Source of the DNA: an uncultured bacterium
Lineage (GTDB): Bacteria; Muiribacteriota; Ozemobacteria; Ozemobacterales; Ozemobacteraceae
Assembly: GCA_964597625.1 (NCBI GenBank)
Contig: CAZQYQ010000001.1
Span: 1-56,096 of the forward strand
Length of the DNA: 56,096 nt
Direction: 5' to 3'
Shown: positions 46,634 to 55,874 of the stretch, piece after piece
Layout of the letters: every line of letters begins with the position of its first letter
Numbering within the stretch: the first letter of the stretch is position 1
Notes under the pieces: generated by a model
The model's input: the letters and a program-made list of their open reading frames with translations, nothing else
What the model was told of the DNA's origin: nothing
Databases searched by the model: none
Program-made: the position numbers and the translations under genes

Positions 46634-48678
46634 CGGCAGTCACAAAAAACCCGATAAGGATTTTCATGAGTGAGAGCAGCAGGAAAGAAGTGCATCCCGT
46701 TTTCAAGCCGTTCGAGTCTGTTTCCGGCTCCAGCATGCCGCGCAACAAGATCGTTTCGGCTGCCGAAGCCGTTTCGATCATTCGCGACGGCGACACGGTC
46801 GCAACCGGCGGTTTTGTCGGCATCGGGTTTGCGGAGGAGCTTGCCCTGGCTCTTGAAGCCAGGTTCCTCGAAACCTCCCATCCGGGAAATCTGACGCTGG
46901 TCTACGCGGCCGGCCAGGGCGATGGGAAAGACCGCGGCCTCAACCGGCTCGGCCACGAAGGGCTGTTGAAAAGAGTCGTGGGCGGCCACTGGGGACTTGT
47001 CCCGAAACTTCAGAAACTGGCGCTTGAAAATAAAATTGAAGCGTACAACCTGCCGCAGGGCGTCATTTCCCACATGTACCGGGATATCGCGGCCCACAAG
47101 CCCCGCACGATCACTTCCGTCGGTCTCGGCACGTTCGTCGATCCACGCATCGACGGAGGGAAAATCAACTCGGGCACGACCGAACAACTGGTCGAGCTGG
47201 TCCAGTTCGACGGCCGGGAGTATCTCGCATACAAGACGTTTCCGATCAATGTCGCGCTGCTGCGGGGCACCTCCGCCGACGCGGAAGGGAACGTTACCAT
47301 GGAGCGGGAGGCCCTGACGCTGGAAGCGGTATCCCTGGCGACGGCCGCAAAAAATTCAGGCGGCTTCGTCCTCGTGCAGGTGGAGCGGATTGTCGAACGG
47401 TCCAGCCTGAACCCGCGCCTGGTCAAGATCCCCGGAATCCTCGTCGACTGCATCGTCGTGGCGCGTCCCGAACATCACTGGCAGACGTTCTCAACGCCCT
47501 ATAACCCGGCTTTTTCCGGTGAAATCCGTGTTCCGGCCGGGTCCCTGCCTCCCATGCCGCCGGGTGATCGCAGGATTATCGCCCGCCGAGCGGCGTTCGA
47601 ACTCGAGCCGAACAGCGTGGTCAATCTTGGAATCGGCATGCCCGAGGGGGTCGCCTCGATCGCCAACGAGGAAAAGATCATCGAGTATCTCACTCTCACG
47701 GCCGAACCTGGCGTCATCGGCGGCATTCCGGCGTCAGGTCTGGACTTCGGGGCCGGAACGAATACATCATCCATTATAGATCAGCCCTACCAATTCGACT
47801 TTTACGACGGAGGCGGACTCGACACGGCCTTTCTCGGACTTGCCCAGACGGATCGGGAAGGCAATCTCAATGTCAGTAAATTCGGCCCCCGGCTCGCCGG
47901 CGCCGGCGGGTTCATCAATATCAGTCAGAATACAAAAAAAGTCGTTTTTGTCGGCACCTTCACCGCGGGAAAGCTCGAACTGGAGATCACGGATGGCAGG
48001 CTGCGCATTCTCAGCGAAGGGAAGACAAAGAAGTTTCTCCAGCACGTCGAGCACGTCACATTCAGCGGGAAACACGCCGTTGCGCGGCAGCAGCCGGTTC
48101 TGTATGTCACCGAGCGCGCCGTGTTCCGCCTGACGGCGGATGGCATGGAGCTCGTCGAGATCGCCCCGGGCATCGATCTTGAGCGCGATATTCTCGCGCA
48201 GATGGAATTCCAGCCGGTCATCAGGCACGCTCCCCGCCTCATGGATGCGCGCATCTTCAGCGATGGCCCGATGGGATTGCGGGAACTGCTGCTCGCGGTG
48301 CCCCTGTCGGCACGTCTGACCCTGAACCTGCATCTCGGCATCCTGTTCGTGAACTTCGAAGGATACAATATCTCGTCAGAAATACAGATCCGGCAGATCG
48401 AGGAAGCCGTTTCCGGTCTGATCAAACCGCTCGGGAAGAACGTCGGCGCCATCGTGAATTACGATCACTTCACGATTTTACCCGATCTCGTCGATTCCTA
48501 CACGACGATGGTCGAACGGCTTGTCAGGACGTATTACAGCGGCGTCACACGCTTCACGACCAGCGCATTCCTGCGCGTGAAACTTGGCGAGGCGCTGAGC
48601 GATCGCGGCGTTTCCCCCTATATCTACGAAAGCCGCGAAGAAGCCGAGCGTGCACTCACGCATATCAAGGGCTCCTGA
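46630..48678 (+). CDS. family I acyl-CoA:carboxylate CoA-transferase (YdiF/Pct-like, fused alpha/beta) with a ~145-aa C-terminal extension
   Basis: ATGA overlap with the VOC gene. [32 protein letters not shown] marks the N-half, and [14 protein letters not shown] holds the catalytic Glu region. The body is colinear with ~530-aa propionate/acetate CoA-transferases, followed by extra C-terminal sequence. Confidence 0.85.
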   Translation: MTAVTKNPIRIFMSESSRKEVHPVFKPFESVSGSSMPRNKIVSAAEAVSIIRDGDTVATGGFVGIGFAEELALALEARFLETSHPGNLTLVYAAGQGDGKDRGLNRLGHEGLLKRVVGGHWGLVPKLQKLALENKIEAYNLPQGVISHMYRDIAAHKPRTITSVGLGTFVDPRIDGGKINSGTTEQLVELVQFDGREYLAYKTFPINVALLRGTSADAEGNVTMEREALTLEAVSLATAAKNSGGFVLVQVERIVERSSLNPRLVKIPGILVDCIVVARPEHHWQTFSTPYNPAFSGEIRVPAGSLPPMPPGDRRIIARRAAFELEPNSVVNLGIGMPEGVASIANEEKIIEYLTLTAEPGVIGGIPASGLDFGAGTNTSSIIDQPYQFDFYDGGGLDTAFLGLAQTDREGNLNVSKFGPRLAGAGGFINISQNTKKVVFVGTFTAGKLELEITDGRLRILSEGKTKKFLQHVEHVTFSGKHAVARQQPVLYVTERAVFRLTADGMELVEIAPGIDLERDILAQMEFQPVIRHAPRLMDARIFSDGPMGLRELLLAVPLSARLTLNLHLGILFVNFEGYNISSEIQIRQIEEAVSGLIKPLGKNVGAIVNYDHFTILPDLVDSYTTMVERLVRTYYSGVTRFTTSAFLRVKLGEALSDRGVSPYIYESREEAERALTHIKGS

Positions 48679-48707
48679 GCCCGGCCATAAAAAGCCGCAG
48701 AAACAGC

Positions 48708-48745
48708 AATCCGGCCCGCGGAAACGATCCGCGGGCCGGATTTAT
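48708..48745. terminator. strong bidirectional rho-independent terminator
   Basis: Perfect 15-bp stem aatccggcccgcgga (48708-48722) / tccgcgggccggatt (48728-48742) with loop aacga. It is flanked by A-rich sequence upstream and T-rich sequence downstream, between convergent stops at 48678 and 48767. Confidence 0.75.
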
Positions 48746-48766
48746 ATCTACTCCAATATTATTTCA

Positions 48767-49312
48767 TCACGGCATGCTGGCAACCGGGAAAAAGCCCTCG
48801 GGAGTATCAGCATTGCCCGTTTTCGTGGTCGAGGGGTGAATCGGCAGAGAGCGTTCAATGACGATCGGGGGCGAACCCGGCATGCTGATGCGCATCCTGA
48901 CCGTCTTGTTTTTCGCCGCTCCGCTGTCGAGCTCCAGGGCATCACATCGGGCCGGTGTTCCGGACCAGAACCGGAACGTCTCCGTGCCGTCCTTTGAGCC
49001 CCGCTCGACCTCGCCTCGGCCAGGATAGGTATCGTAGGTTATCGTTCCCTCGGGGCGAAGGATGATCAGCGACATTTCGCCGCCGAGATGATAATCGGTC
49101 CGCCACTGCAGACAACCGGCAAGATCTTTCTCGAGCCGGTTGCCGAGCGACAGAAAAAGGGTCTGCACATGGGACTGCTCAGCCCCTGTTTTGCTCTGAC
49201 GGCCGAGTTTCGAAAAGATGCCCATCACCAGAGCCATCAGAATCGCCGCACCGAAGAGATAGGCCATGATCTCCACCATGCTGAAGCCCCGTCTCCCGGC
49301 AACCCCTTCCAT
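48767..49312 (-). CDS. prepilin-type N-terminal methylation-domain protein (pseudopilin-like)
   Basis: With ATG 49312 the leader is MEGVAGRRG|FSMVEIMAYLFGAAILMALVMGIF (cleavage-type G|F, Glu+5, hydrophobic helix). The longer ORF to 49432 would overlap the upstream gene. Confidence 0.6.
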   Translation of the reverse strand: MEGVAGRRGFSMVEIMAYLFGAAILMALVMGIFSKLGRQSKTGAEQSHVQTLFLSLGNRLEKDLAGCLQWRTDYHLGGEMSLIILRPEGTITYDTYPGRGEVERGSKDGTETFRFWSGTPARCDALELDSGAAKNKTVRMRISMPGSPPIVIERSLPIHPSTTKTGNADTPEGFFPVASMP

Positions 49313-49415
49313 ACGCGTACCATCCCTGGCTAAAAGAGGGCCGGCCGGGCGCGGAACCCGCACCGAGGCATCCTGTGAAACATCGGGAAGCCCAAGTCCA
49401 TCGTTCGCTGCCATC

Positions 49416-49880
49416 TCAGTTCGGCGGAGCATACGTGAATCCCTTGATGGTCATTTTCCGCTTCGGTGCGCCTGCCGGGGCTCCCGGCATTCTGAACTGC
49501 GTTTCAACATCGATCAGCCGGTATCGGGGATCAGCCCCTGCATTCACATTCACAACCATGTGATAGGTAACGCTTCCGACTTTTCTATCGCCGTCCCACC
49601 GCTGAAATACCTTCGTGAATGTGGCATTCGACGAGTTTGCGATCTCGTCGTATCTCATCGACTGAAAGTCGGCAAGGCAGGAAAGCAGCTGCGCGTTCGC
49701 GACAACCGAGTCACGCGCGGCGATCGACACGCGCCGGGCACTGATGAAATGTTTGACAAGCGGCATCAGAAGAACCGCCAGCACAATCATTGCCACGACG
49801 AGTTCCACAAGAGTAAAGCCATGCCTCGATGAGATTTTCCCGCATTGACGCTTCATTTCATCTTTTTCCGGATCATTCAT
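49416..49880 (-). CDS. prepilin-type N-terminal methylation-domain protein (pseudopilin-like)
   Basis: ...SSRHG|FTLVELVVAMIVLAVLLMPL carries the canonical class III signal peptide motif with Glu+5. 154 aa. Confidence 0.7.
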   Translation of the reverse strand: MNDPEKDEMKRQCGKISSRHGFTLVELVVAMIVLAVLLMPLVKHFISARRVSIAARDSVVANAQLLSCLADFQSMRYDEIANSSNATFTKVFQRWDGDRKVGSVTYHMVVNVNAGADPRYRLIDVETQFRMPGAPAGAPKRKMTIKGFTYAPPN

Positions 49881-49893
49881 AAAATACGCCAGA

Positions 49894-50619
49894 CTATTCA
49901 GATACTTTCACCACATCCACGCGTCTGTTTTTTGCCTGCTGTTCTTCGGAGTCCCCTTCATTGCCCCGCTGCCCCATGCCCGCGTAATCGATACGGGTAG
50001 ACAGGATTCCGTGATCGACAAGCCAGCTTTTCACGGCATAGGCGCGCTGAACCGAAAGTTCGTAATTGTAATCGACCGCCCCCCGGTAATCCGTGAACCC
50101 CTCGATACGGATTTTCAGGGTCGGCCGGCTTTTCATCATCGATACTATTGTATTCAGCGCAGGAATCGATGAAGACTTGATGACAGCCATGTCGTAGTCG
50201 AACAGGATCCCGTCGACGGAGACCTTCCCGCTCGCATCCAGATCAGCACCGAACGCTTCTCCGGCCACCCCGTCGATGGTGACATCGAAGCCGTCTTCCT
50301 TGTATTCAGCGACGGATTGGGATTTCAGCTGAATCGGCGTCCTGCCGGTGGGCGGCGCGACAACCGTCGTATTCCCGGCCCCGGGAGTTCCTGTGATAGC
50401 ACTTACGCGCGGATCGCCCGCGGCAGGCATCGCCTGGGTCGCAACGGCAGACCGGGCGGGGACCACCTGCATCTCGACCTCGTTCCCCTGCTGACCGAAA
50501 ATGACGCCGTATCTTGCCGCCTGATCTGCAGCCCCAAGCGGCATCGCACAGATGATGACCGCCAGCAAGAGAAGGATGCCCTTCTCACGGAGCTTTTGAA
50601 TATCAATCAATATTTTCAT
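49894..50619 (-). CDS. OmpA-domain (peptidoglycan-binding) protein, paralog B
   Basis: ATG 50619 is preceded by GAGAGG, with a signal peptide (ILLLLAVIICAMPLGA). C-terminal OmpA_C-like KIRIEGFTDYRGAVDYNYELSVQRAYAVKSWLVDHG...NRRVDVV. Confidence 0.8.
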   Translation of the reverse strand: MKILIDIQKLREKGILLLLAVIICAMPLGAADQAARYGVIFGQQGNEVEMQVVPARSAVATQAMPAAGDPRVSAITGTPGAGNTTVVAPPTGRTPIQLKSQSVAEYKEDGFDVTIDGVAGEAFGADLDASGKVSVDGILFDYDMAVIKSSSIPALNTIVSMMKSRPTLKIRIEGFTDYRGAVDYNYELSVQRAYAVKSWLVDHGILSTRIDYAGMGQRGNEGDSEEQQAKNRRVDVVKVSE

Positions 50620-50737
50620 ATGCAACCTCTCTTTTTCCTTGTTTCCAGGAACAGGAACGAGCCACGCATGCGGCACGTTGACCACCGCCCCCGGGGATCG
50701 GGCTCCCTCCACGGGGCACCCCGGCCGATCGGAGCGG

Positions 50738-51505
50738 TCATGGAGTCAGCTTGACGATATCGACGCGTCTGTTCTTCGCCCGCTGTTCCTCTGAATCCCC
50801 ATCCGCGCCACGAGTCCCCTTTCCGGCGCTGGTGATGCGCAGAGTCGACACGCCCTGATCCACCAGCCATTTTTTCACGGCATACGCACGGCTTTCCGAT
50901 GCGGCCTGGCCGCCGTCCGGGGACTGGCCCAGCGCCTGATACTGCTTCACGCCGGTATAGTCGACGAAGCCTTCGATGGAGATCCTGAGCGCCGGCTGAC
51001 TCTTCATCATCTTCAGAATGGTGTTCAGAGTCTTTATTGTGGCGGAGTCCGCGAGGTCCACCTCCCGGGCATCCTGATCGAACAGAATCGCCAGCGACAA
51101 TCTGCCGGTTGTGTTCAGATCGTTTTCGAGAGATTCACCGGCAATGTCGTCGATGCTGACCTCGAACCCATCTTCCTTGTAATCGGCTACAGACTGTGAC
51201 TTCAATTGTACAGGAGTCTCCCCCGTTTTCGGTGGAACGACCGCGGTCGGGTTGGCTGCGGGTGCACCGACGATCGACGACACGGCAGGGTCGCCGGGAA
51301 CGGGCATGGCATGGGTGGCAACTCTCGAACGGGCCGGAACGACCTGCATTTCGACCTCGTTTCCCTGCTGGCCGAAAGTGACGCCATAATGCGGTGCCGG
51401 ATCGGCAGCTTCGAGGCTCGCCACGCCTGCGGAACACCCCGCCAACAAAGCAGAAAGCAACATCCATGAAAGCTTCACCCGATATGAATGTTTCATGTTC
51501 TTCAA
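50738..51505 (-). CDS. OmpA-domain lipoprotein, paralog A
   Basis: Lipobox LLAGC in MLLSALLAGCSAG. The N-terminal module is nearly identical to paralog B (YGVTFGQQGNEVEMQVVPARS...QLKSQSVADYKEDGFEV). The C-terminal OmpA-like domain carries an insertion (RISIEGFVDYTGVKQYQALGQSPDGGQAASESRAYAVKKWL...NRRVDIV). Confidence 0.8.
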   Translation of the reverse strand: MKNMKHSYRVKLSWMLLSALLAGCSAGVASLEAADPAPHYGVTFGQQGNEVEMQVVPARSRVATHAMPVPGDPAVSSIVGAPAANPTAVVPPKTGETPVQLKSQSVADYKEDGFEVSIDDIAGESLENDLNTTGRLSLAILFDQDAREVDLADSATIKTLNTILKMMKSQPALRISIEGFVDYTGVKQYQALGQSPDGGQAASESRAYAVKKWLVDQGVSTLRITSAGKGTRGADGDSEEQRAKNRRVDIVKLTP

Positions 51506-51572
51506 CCTCCTGGCGTGCTCCGCCCGGGGAATTCGCGCCCCCCGACCGGGTGGTTCGAGTCCATGGCCCCGC

Positions 51573-51989
51573 TCAGGGTGCCAGTTCCTTCACGACAAAC
51601 AACACTTTTGCATTCTCGCGAAGAGGCTTTCCAAAATTGTACACTTTTGTTTTGCCTTCCGCGAGGCGCTCGATGACCTCACCTCTCAGGGTATAGCTGA
51701 TCTGCGACAATCCTCCGGATGTCATGACCTCCATGATGCATCCGTCCGGTGTCGGTTCGATCCGGCGAGCCATGCGTGTGTCGGCATGAAACACATCCAT
51801 GAACATAGCAGCCGACATATAATAGGCGGCAATATCCTGTTCGCTTGCAGAAAGTCGTCCCTGCTGCCGCCAGATGTAGAAATAAGCACCGGAAACCACG
51901 GTGAGAATAAAGATCACGACGACGAGTTCGATCATCGTGAATCCCCGTGCCGTGCCGGAAGCGCGCTTATTTGCCAGGTTCGACGACAT
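51573..51989 (-). CDS. prepilin-type N-terminal methylation-domain protein (pseudopilin-like)
   Basis: ...GTARG|FTMIELVVVIFILTVVSGAYFY (G|F, Glu+5). 138 aa. Overlaps the upstream gene by 23 nt. Confidence 0.75.
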   Translation of the reverse strand: MSSNLANKRASGTARGFTMIELVVVIFILTVVSGAYFYIWRQQGRLSASEQDIAAYYMSAAMFMDVFHADTRMARRIEPTPDGCIMEVMTSGGLSQISYTLRGEVIERLAEGKTKVYNFGKPLRENAKVLFVVKELAP

Positions 51990-54108
51990 ACTCCTCCTCT
52001 TCGGAGACCCGGTATCGGTAGAGGGAACCGGCGCTCAGAGCCGATGCGGCCGCATACGGGTCGAATCTCGGATCCCAGCTTATCTGCTTCTGCTGGGCGT
52101 TCAGTATGCTTCCCAGATCGATTTCGCCGGCGGCGACCCCGCCTTTGACCGTGAGCGCATTGCGGGACAGGAATTTGCCCCGCAGACAGATCAGCTGGGC
52201 TTCGATCGGCTCGCTTGTATCAACCGTTATATTTCCCGTGCAGACCAGCGTCAAAGGCTCCGCCGAGCGGATGCCGGCACGGATATCGATATTTCCGCCG
52301 ACGATCAGAACACCGCCCGACGTGACATTCCATTTCCGGTCGATGTGCAGGTCTTCACGCCCCAGATACACGATCCCGGATATCGGAAGATTCCCCGCCT
52401 GATCGAGGTGACGATCGAGATATCCCTTGGGCGAAGGATACATGGCGGTAATCTTGGGACCGAACTCCTTGACGCCTTCGATCCCCGCAAGTTTTCCTTC
52501 ATAGACCGGCTTTCCCGGGAGACCGAAAGCGCCTTCCGCTTTCAGCAGACCGGCCGCTCCGCCATTCCAGAGATCGAGGTTGGTCACGACATCTGCCGGA
52601 GGATCGGAATAGGCTTTGGAAACAGGATTCTGTACCGACCCGGTTTCGCGGTCGGGAATCGCCAGGTAATTCAACCCCTCGATAAAAGGTTCAGATACAC
52701 ATGCTGTTTGAGAGTTGCGCCATTTATCCCAGCCGGCGGTGAGCCCCGCCGCATCGGCAGTCATATTCCATACTTGTGCATATAATGTGAAGTCATCGAC
52801 ATAACTCCGCGGGGTGGTCGGAGGACTGAGAAACACCTGCTTATACTTCGCCACATCGGGAAACCCGGGAACGCCGACTTCCTTGAAGGTTTTGGAGGTT
52901 CCCGAGATATTGATCGTGCAGTCCACGGAACGCACCCTGAGATACTGTCTGAGAACCGGCCCGAATAATAGCGTCGGCGAAAAGTCACCGTTCACCCCGA
53001 AAGGCCTGATGATACTGACTTTCGGCAATGCCGAAAGGAGATACCGGACGCTCAGAAAATCTGCGGCCACGACGACGGCACCGCCCTTGCTGATCGTGTA
53101 ATCACGCTTGATCCCCTGGAATTTTTCGTTGACCTGCGTCACGGAAGTGCCGCCCCCCTGAGGCGGAGTATTGACGGCAGCCAGGAGTGCGTCATTGCTG
53201 TAGGCACCGAACCGGAGCATCGAGCGATCGTCGTAATCGGTATCCTGGGCCGAACCCGCCATATTCAGCGTCCAGGGGCTGGAGTCGGAGTTGAGAAACA
53301 CCCATCCGGACGTTTTCGACAGTTCATTCAGATCCGGGACTGCGCCGATATCGAGCGCGGGCGTCACCACATTGAAGCCGCCACCCGCTCCCCGATTGTT
53401 CAGAACCAGCGGAACCCCGTTCGTAAACCCGGTGCCGTTCGTCGTCCGATCAAGCGGATTCACGACGGTATCCGCCGCCGTTTTCTTTCGGATGAAGCAG
53501 GTGAATTTTCCGATGACCGGATGCACGGCAAGAAACACTTTCACGCCTCTGCTCATGCGCACCTTGCGATGGGCGTTGCCCACCTCGGCAATGGCTTCAA
53601 TATCAATGCGCCCCATCTTTTCGACCGGGTCATCTTTGAAGCCCGGCGCTCCGGCAGCAAGAGTACGCCACTGGGAAAGTCTGACCCGAAGCGTGAGATC
53701 ACCACCCAACTGGGTGATGTACTGTTTCAGCTCGTCACACGGCTCGACATCCCCCTCGTAATCGGCACCGGAGCTTCCGAACATGGTGTCGTAAAACTCA
53801 CGGCGCACAAACGGGGGTGACGCGGTATACGAGCCGCTCGCCAGCGCCGCGACAGCCCAGCCGGCACCGGCTTCGGCCAGTCCGAGCGCTCTGCTGGAAT
53901 CGACAAAGTAGGTCGCGCTATGAACCTGTCCGCGCGTCATGAAACTGAGAGCCGCGAACAGCAGGCCGACCACGAGAGCGATGGCAATGATGGCGGGCAG
54001 CAGAAAACCCCGCCGCGAGCCGCGAGGCGTTTCTGACCCGGATCGTTTCGTTGTATCCTTCGTCACACCCGATACTGCTTTGTATATTCTCTGAGTCACG
54101 GTAGGCAA
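51967..54108 (-). CDS. large GspK/PilX-like minor-pseudopilin-type protein (N-terminal anchor without Glu+5), otherwise unknown
   Basis: ...SRRG|FLLPAIIAIALVVGLLFAALSFM resembles PilX_N/GspK anchors, with Ala at +5. The ~650-aa soluble region has no motif I recognise. The start is uncertain: TTG 54108, GTG 54099 or GTG 54066. Confidence 0.55.
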   Translation of the reverse strand: MPTVTQRIYKAVSGVTKDTTKRSGSETPRGSRRGFLLPAIIAIALVVGLLFAALSFMTRGQVHSATYFVDSSRALGLAEAGAGWAVAALASGSYTASPPFVRREFYDTMFGSSGADYEGDVEPCDELKQYITQLGGDLTLRVRLSQWRTLAAGAPGFKDDPVEKMGRIDIEAIAEVGNAHRKVRMSRGVKVFLAVHPVIGKFTCFIRKKTAADTVVNPLDRTTNGTGFTNGVPLVLNNRGAGGGFNVVTPALDIGAVPDLNELSKTSGWVFLNSDSSPWTLNMAGSAQDTDYDDRSMLRFGAYSNDALLAAVNTPPQGGGTSVTQVNEKFQGIKRDYTISKGGAVVVAADFLSVRYLLSALPKVSIIRPFGVNGDFSPTLLFGPVLRQYLRVRSVDCTINISGTSKTFKEVGVPGFPDVAKYKQVFLSPPTTPRSYVDDFTLYAQVWNMTADAAGLTAGWDKWRNSQTACVSEPFIEGLNYLAIPDRETGSVQNPVSKAYSDPPADVVTNLDLWNGGAAGLLKAEGAFGLPGKPVYEGKLAGIEGVKEFGPKITAMYPSPKGYLDRHLDQAGNLPISGIVYLGREDLHIDRKWNVTSGGVLIVGGNIDIRAGIRSAEPLTLVCTGNITVDTSEPIEAQLICLRGKFLSRNALTVKGGVAAGEIDLGSILNAQQKQISWDPRFDPYAAASALSAGSLYRYRVSEEEEYVVEPGK

Positions 54109-54179
54109 GAAAGAGACCGACTTGTGAGAAGCCGGCCTCTTTCTATACTACCATGAGAGAAACAGGAAGTTTTCGATAA

Positions 54180-55262
54180 TTATTTTCCCCCGAACCCATC
54201 ACCACCGTCGCCGGTCATTGTGTCAGGCTTCTGCTGCACCGCATCGGGGCGGTTTTCAAAGGGATTCTTCGGAGCCGGGTTACTGTTCTTCCCGGCCTCG
54301 GGCTTCGGCTGAACGGCCGGAACCGTTGACTGAGGCTGTTTGGCGGGCTCAGCTACCGGTTTCGGCTCTTCCCTGGCGGGAATGACCTTCTCAATGTTCC
54401 CTGCGGCGAGGGCAAGCCTCTGGCCGACCTTCCACTCGAACTCGCGCATGTCGGGATGCTCAGGCTGCACGACGACATTTCCCTCGATCAGATGGACTGA
54501 TCCGTTGCCACCCTGAAGTTCGAAACCGATCACCGTTCCTCTGACGCCGAGCACGGCACCGGGAACGCGCACCGCGAAGCCGCGCTTCCCGCGTTTGAAC
54601 GAGGCCGTGAAAGCCGCATCCTTCGTTTCGAACCCGTCGGGGCGGCTCTGAACGATACCCCGGCCCGTCACATCGATGGTTCCGCCGCTGTCATAGGCCA
54701 GCCGCATCGCGGACGAAGCCGTTGCCAGCTCAACCCGCGAACCGGCCGGAACGTTCGTCACTTCCTGCGTGACCGGCTTTTGCGAACCATCAGGCAGGGT
54801 GACGGTTCCACCCTGGCCGGAAACGGCCGCCCAGGCCTCGGTCGTCGCAGCGGGAGCGGGGACAACGGGCCGAGTCGCGGCCGGAGTCGCGGCCGGAGCG
54901 GCGGCGGTCGTCTGCAGCGCGGGAGCCGCGGGAATCGTCCTGCTGCCGCCTTGAACAAAGACGACCGCGAGGATCAGCACGAGACAAACAGCGGCCGCCG
55001 GGAGAAGAAATCGCTGCCATGCCGGAGCAGCCTGCACACTTGTCGTATCACCCGTTTTGTTCTGCACGTTTTCAAAGACCTCCTTTATTTCGGTGTCCGA
55101 ACCATGGATTCCAAGTATTTCGCCTCTGAAGCCTTCGAGCGACTTCAGTTGCCTCCCACACTCAGCACACCCTTCGGCATGCCGGCGCATCTCATCCGGC
55201 AGCCGTCCGAGCGAGACGCACTCGGCTTCGGCAATCCAGTCATTCAGCCGGTTGCAGTTCAT
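54180..55262 (-). CDS. anti-sigma factor: zf-HC2 N-domain, TM, FecR-like domain, Pro-rich tail
   Basis: ATG 55262 is preceded by AAAGGAG. MRRHAEGCAECGRQL is the Hx3Cx2C motif and FLLPAAAVCLVLILAVVFV is the TM. FecR-like GFAVRVPGAVLGVRGTVIGFELQGGNGSVHLIEGNVVV. Overlaps the sigma gene by 23 nt. Confidence 0.8.
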   Translation of the reverse strand: MNCNRLNDWIAEAECVSLGRLPDEMRRHAEGCAECGRQLKSLEGFRGEILGIHGSDTEIKEVFENVQNKTGDTTSVQAAPAWQRFLLPAAAVCLVLILAVVFVQGGSRTIPAAPALQTTAAAPAATPAATRPVVPAPAATTEAWAAVSGQGGTVTLPDGSQKPVTQEVTNVPAGSRVELATASSAMRLAYDSGGTIDVTGRGIVQSRPDGFETKDAAFTASFKRGKRGFAVRVPGAVLGVRGTVIGFELQGGNGSVHLIEGNVVVQPEHPDMREFEWKVGQRLALAAGNIEKVIPAREEPKPVAEPAKQPQSTVPAVQPKPEAGKNSNPAPKNPFENRPDAVQQKPDTMTGDGGDGFGGK

Positions 55263-55809
55263 TGCTCGCTCCTTTCTCACGAAGTTTCGTCAGCCCCCGG
55301 GAAACGATCTGTCTCAGATTTTCTTCCCGGAGCCCCGTAATGGAAGCTATTTCAGCGTAGGTCATCTCCTCGACGACCCGAAGAACGATGATTTCCCGCT
55401 GTTCCTCGGAGAGCCCCGCAAGCTGCGCCAGGAACGATGAGCCCCCTTCCCGGACTGGCGGTGCCGGAGCCTTTGCAGCAGCGGAAAGGGCCGCCGGGCT
55501 GCCTGTCGTTTTGACGGTGCGCCGTTTCACCCTGTCCGCGGCGAGATTCCGGACGATGGTAAACAGCCAGCCGCGAAAACGCCCCTGCATCTTGTATTGC
55601 ACGGCACCGCGATAGACCCGCACAAATGCTTCCTGAATCAGATCCCGTGCGTCTTCGCGATTCCCGCACAGCAGGAAGGCATACCGGAGGGCCGCATTGT
55701 AATGCCGGGCGAAAAGGTCTCTGAACGCACGCTGATCGGAGCGCTGAATCTGCGCCATCAGCGAGTCATCGGTAATCTGGGCCATCGGCGGCCTGGGATC
55801 GGCGGACAT
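55240..55809 (-). CDS. ECF (group IV) sigma-70 family RNA polymerase sigma factor
   Basis: Region 2 reads AFRDLFARHYNAALRYAFLLCGNREDARDLIQEAFVRVYR...FRGWLFTIVRNLAADRVKRR. Region 4 reads LSEEQREIIVLRVVEEMTYAEIASITGLREENLRQIVSRGLTKLRE. Confidence 0.85.
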   Translation of the reverse strand: MSADPRPPMAQITDDSLMAQIQRSDQRAFRDLFARHYNAALRYAFLLCGNREDARDLIQEAFVRVYRGAVQYKMQGRFRGWLFTIVRNLAADRVKRRTVKTTGSPAALSAAAKAPAPPVREGGSSFLAQLAGLSEEQREIIVLRVVEEMTYAEIASITGLREENLRQIVSRGLTKLREKGASNELQPAE

Positions 55810-55874
55810 CGTTCTCGTTTCCTGAAAAGGTTCTATTAGGTACAACGACGGGGCGAGGCGATTCGTGACACCCG

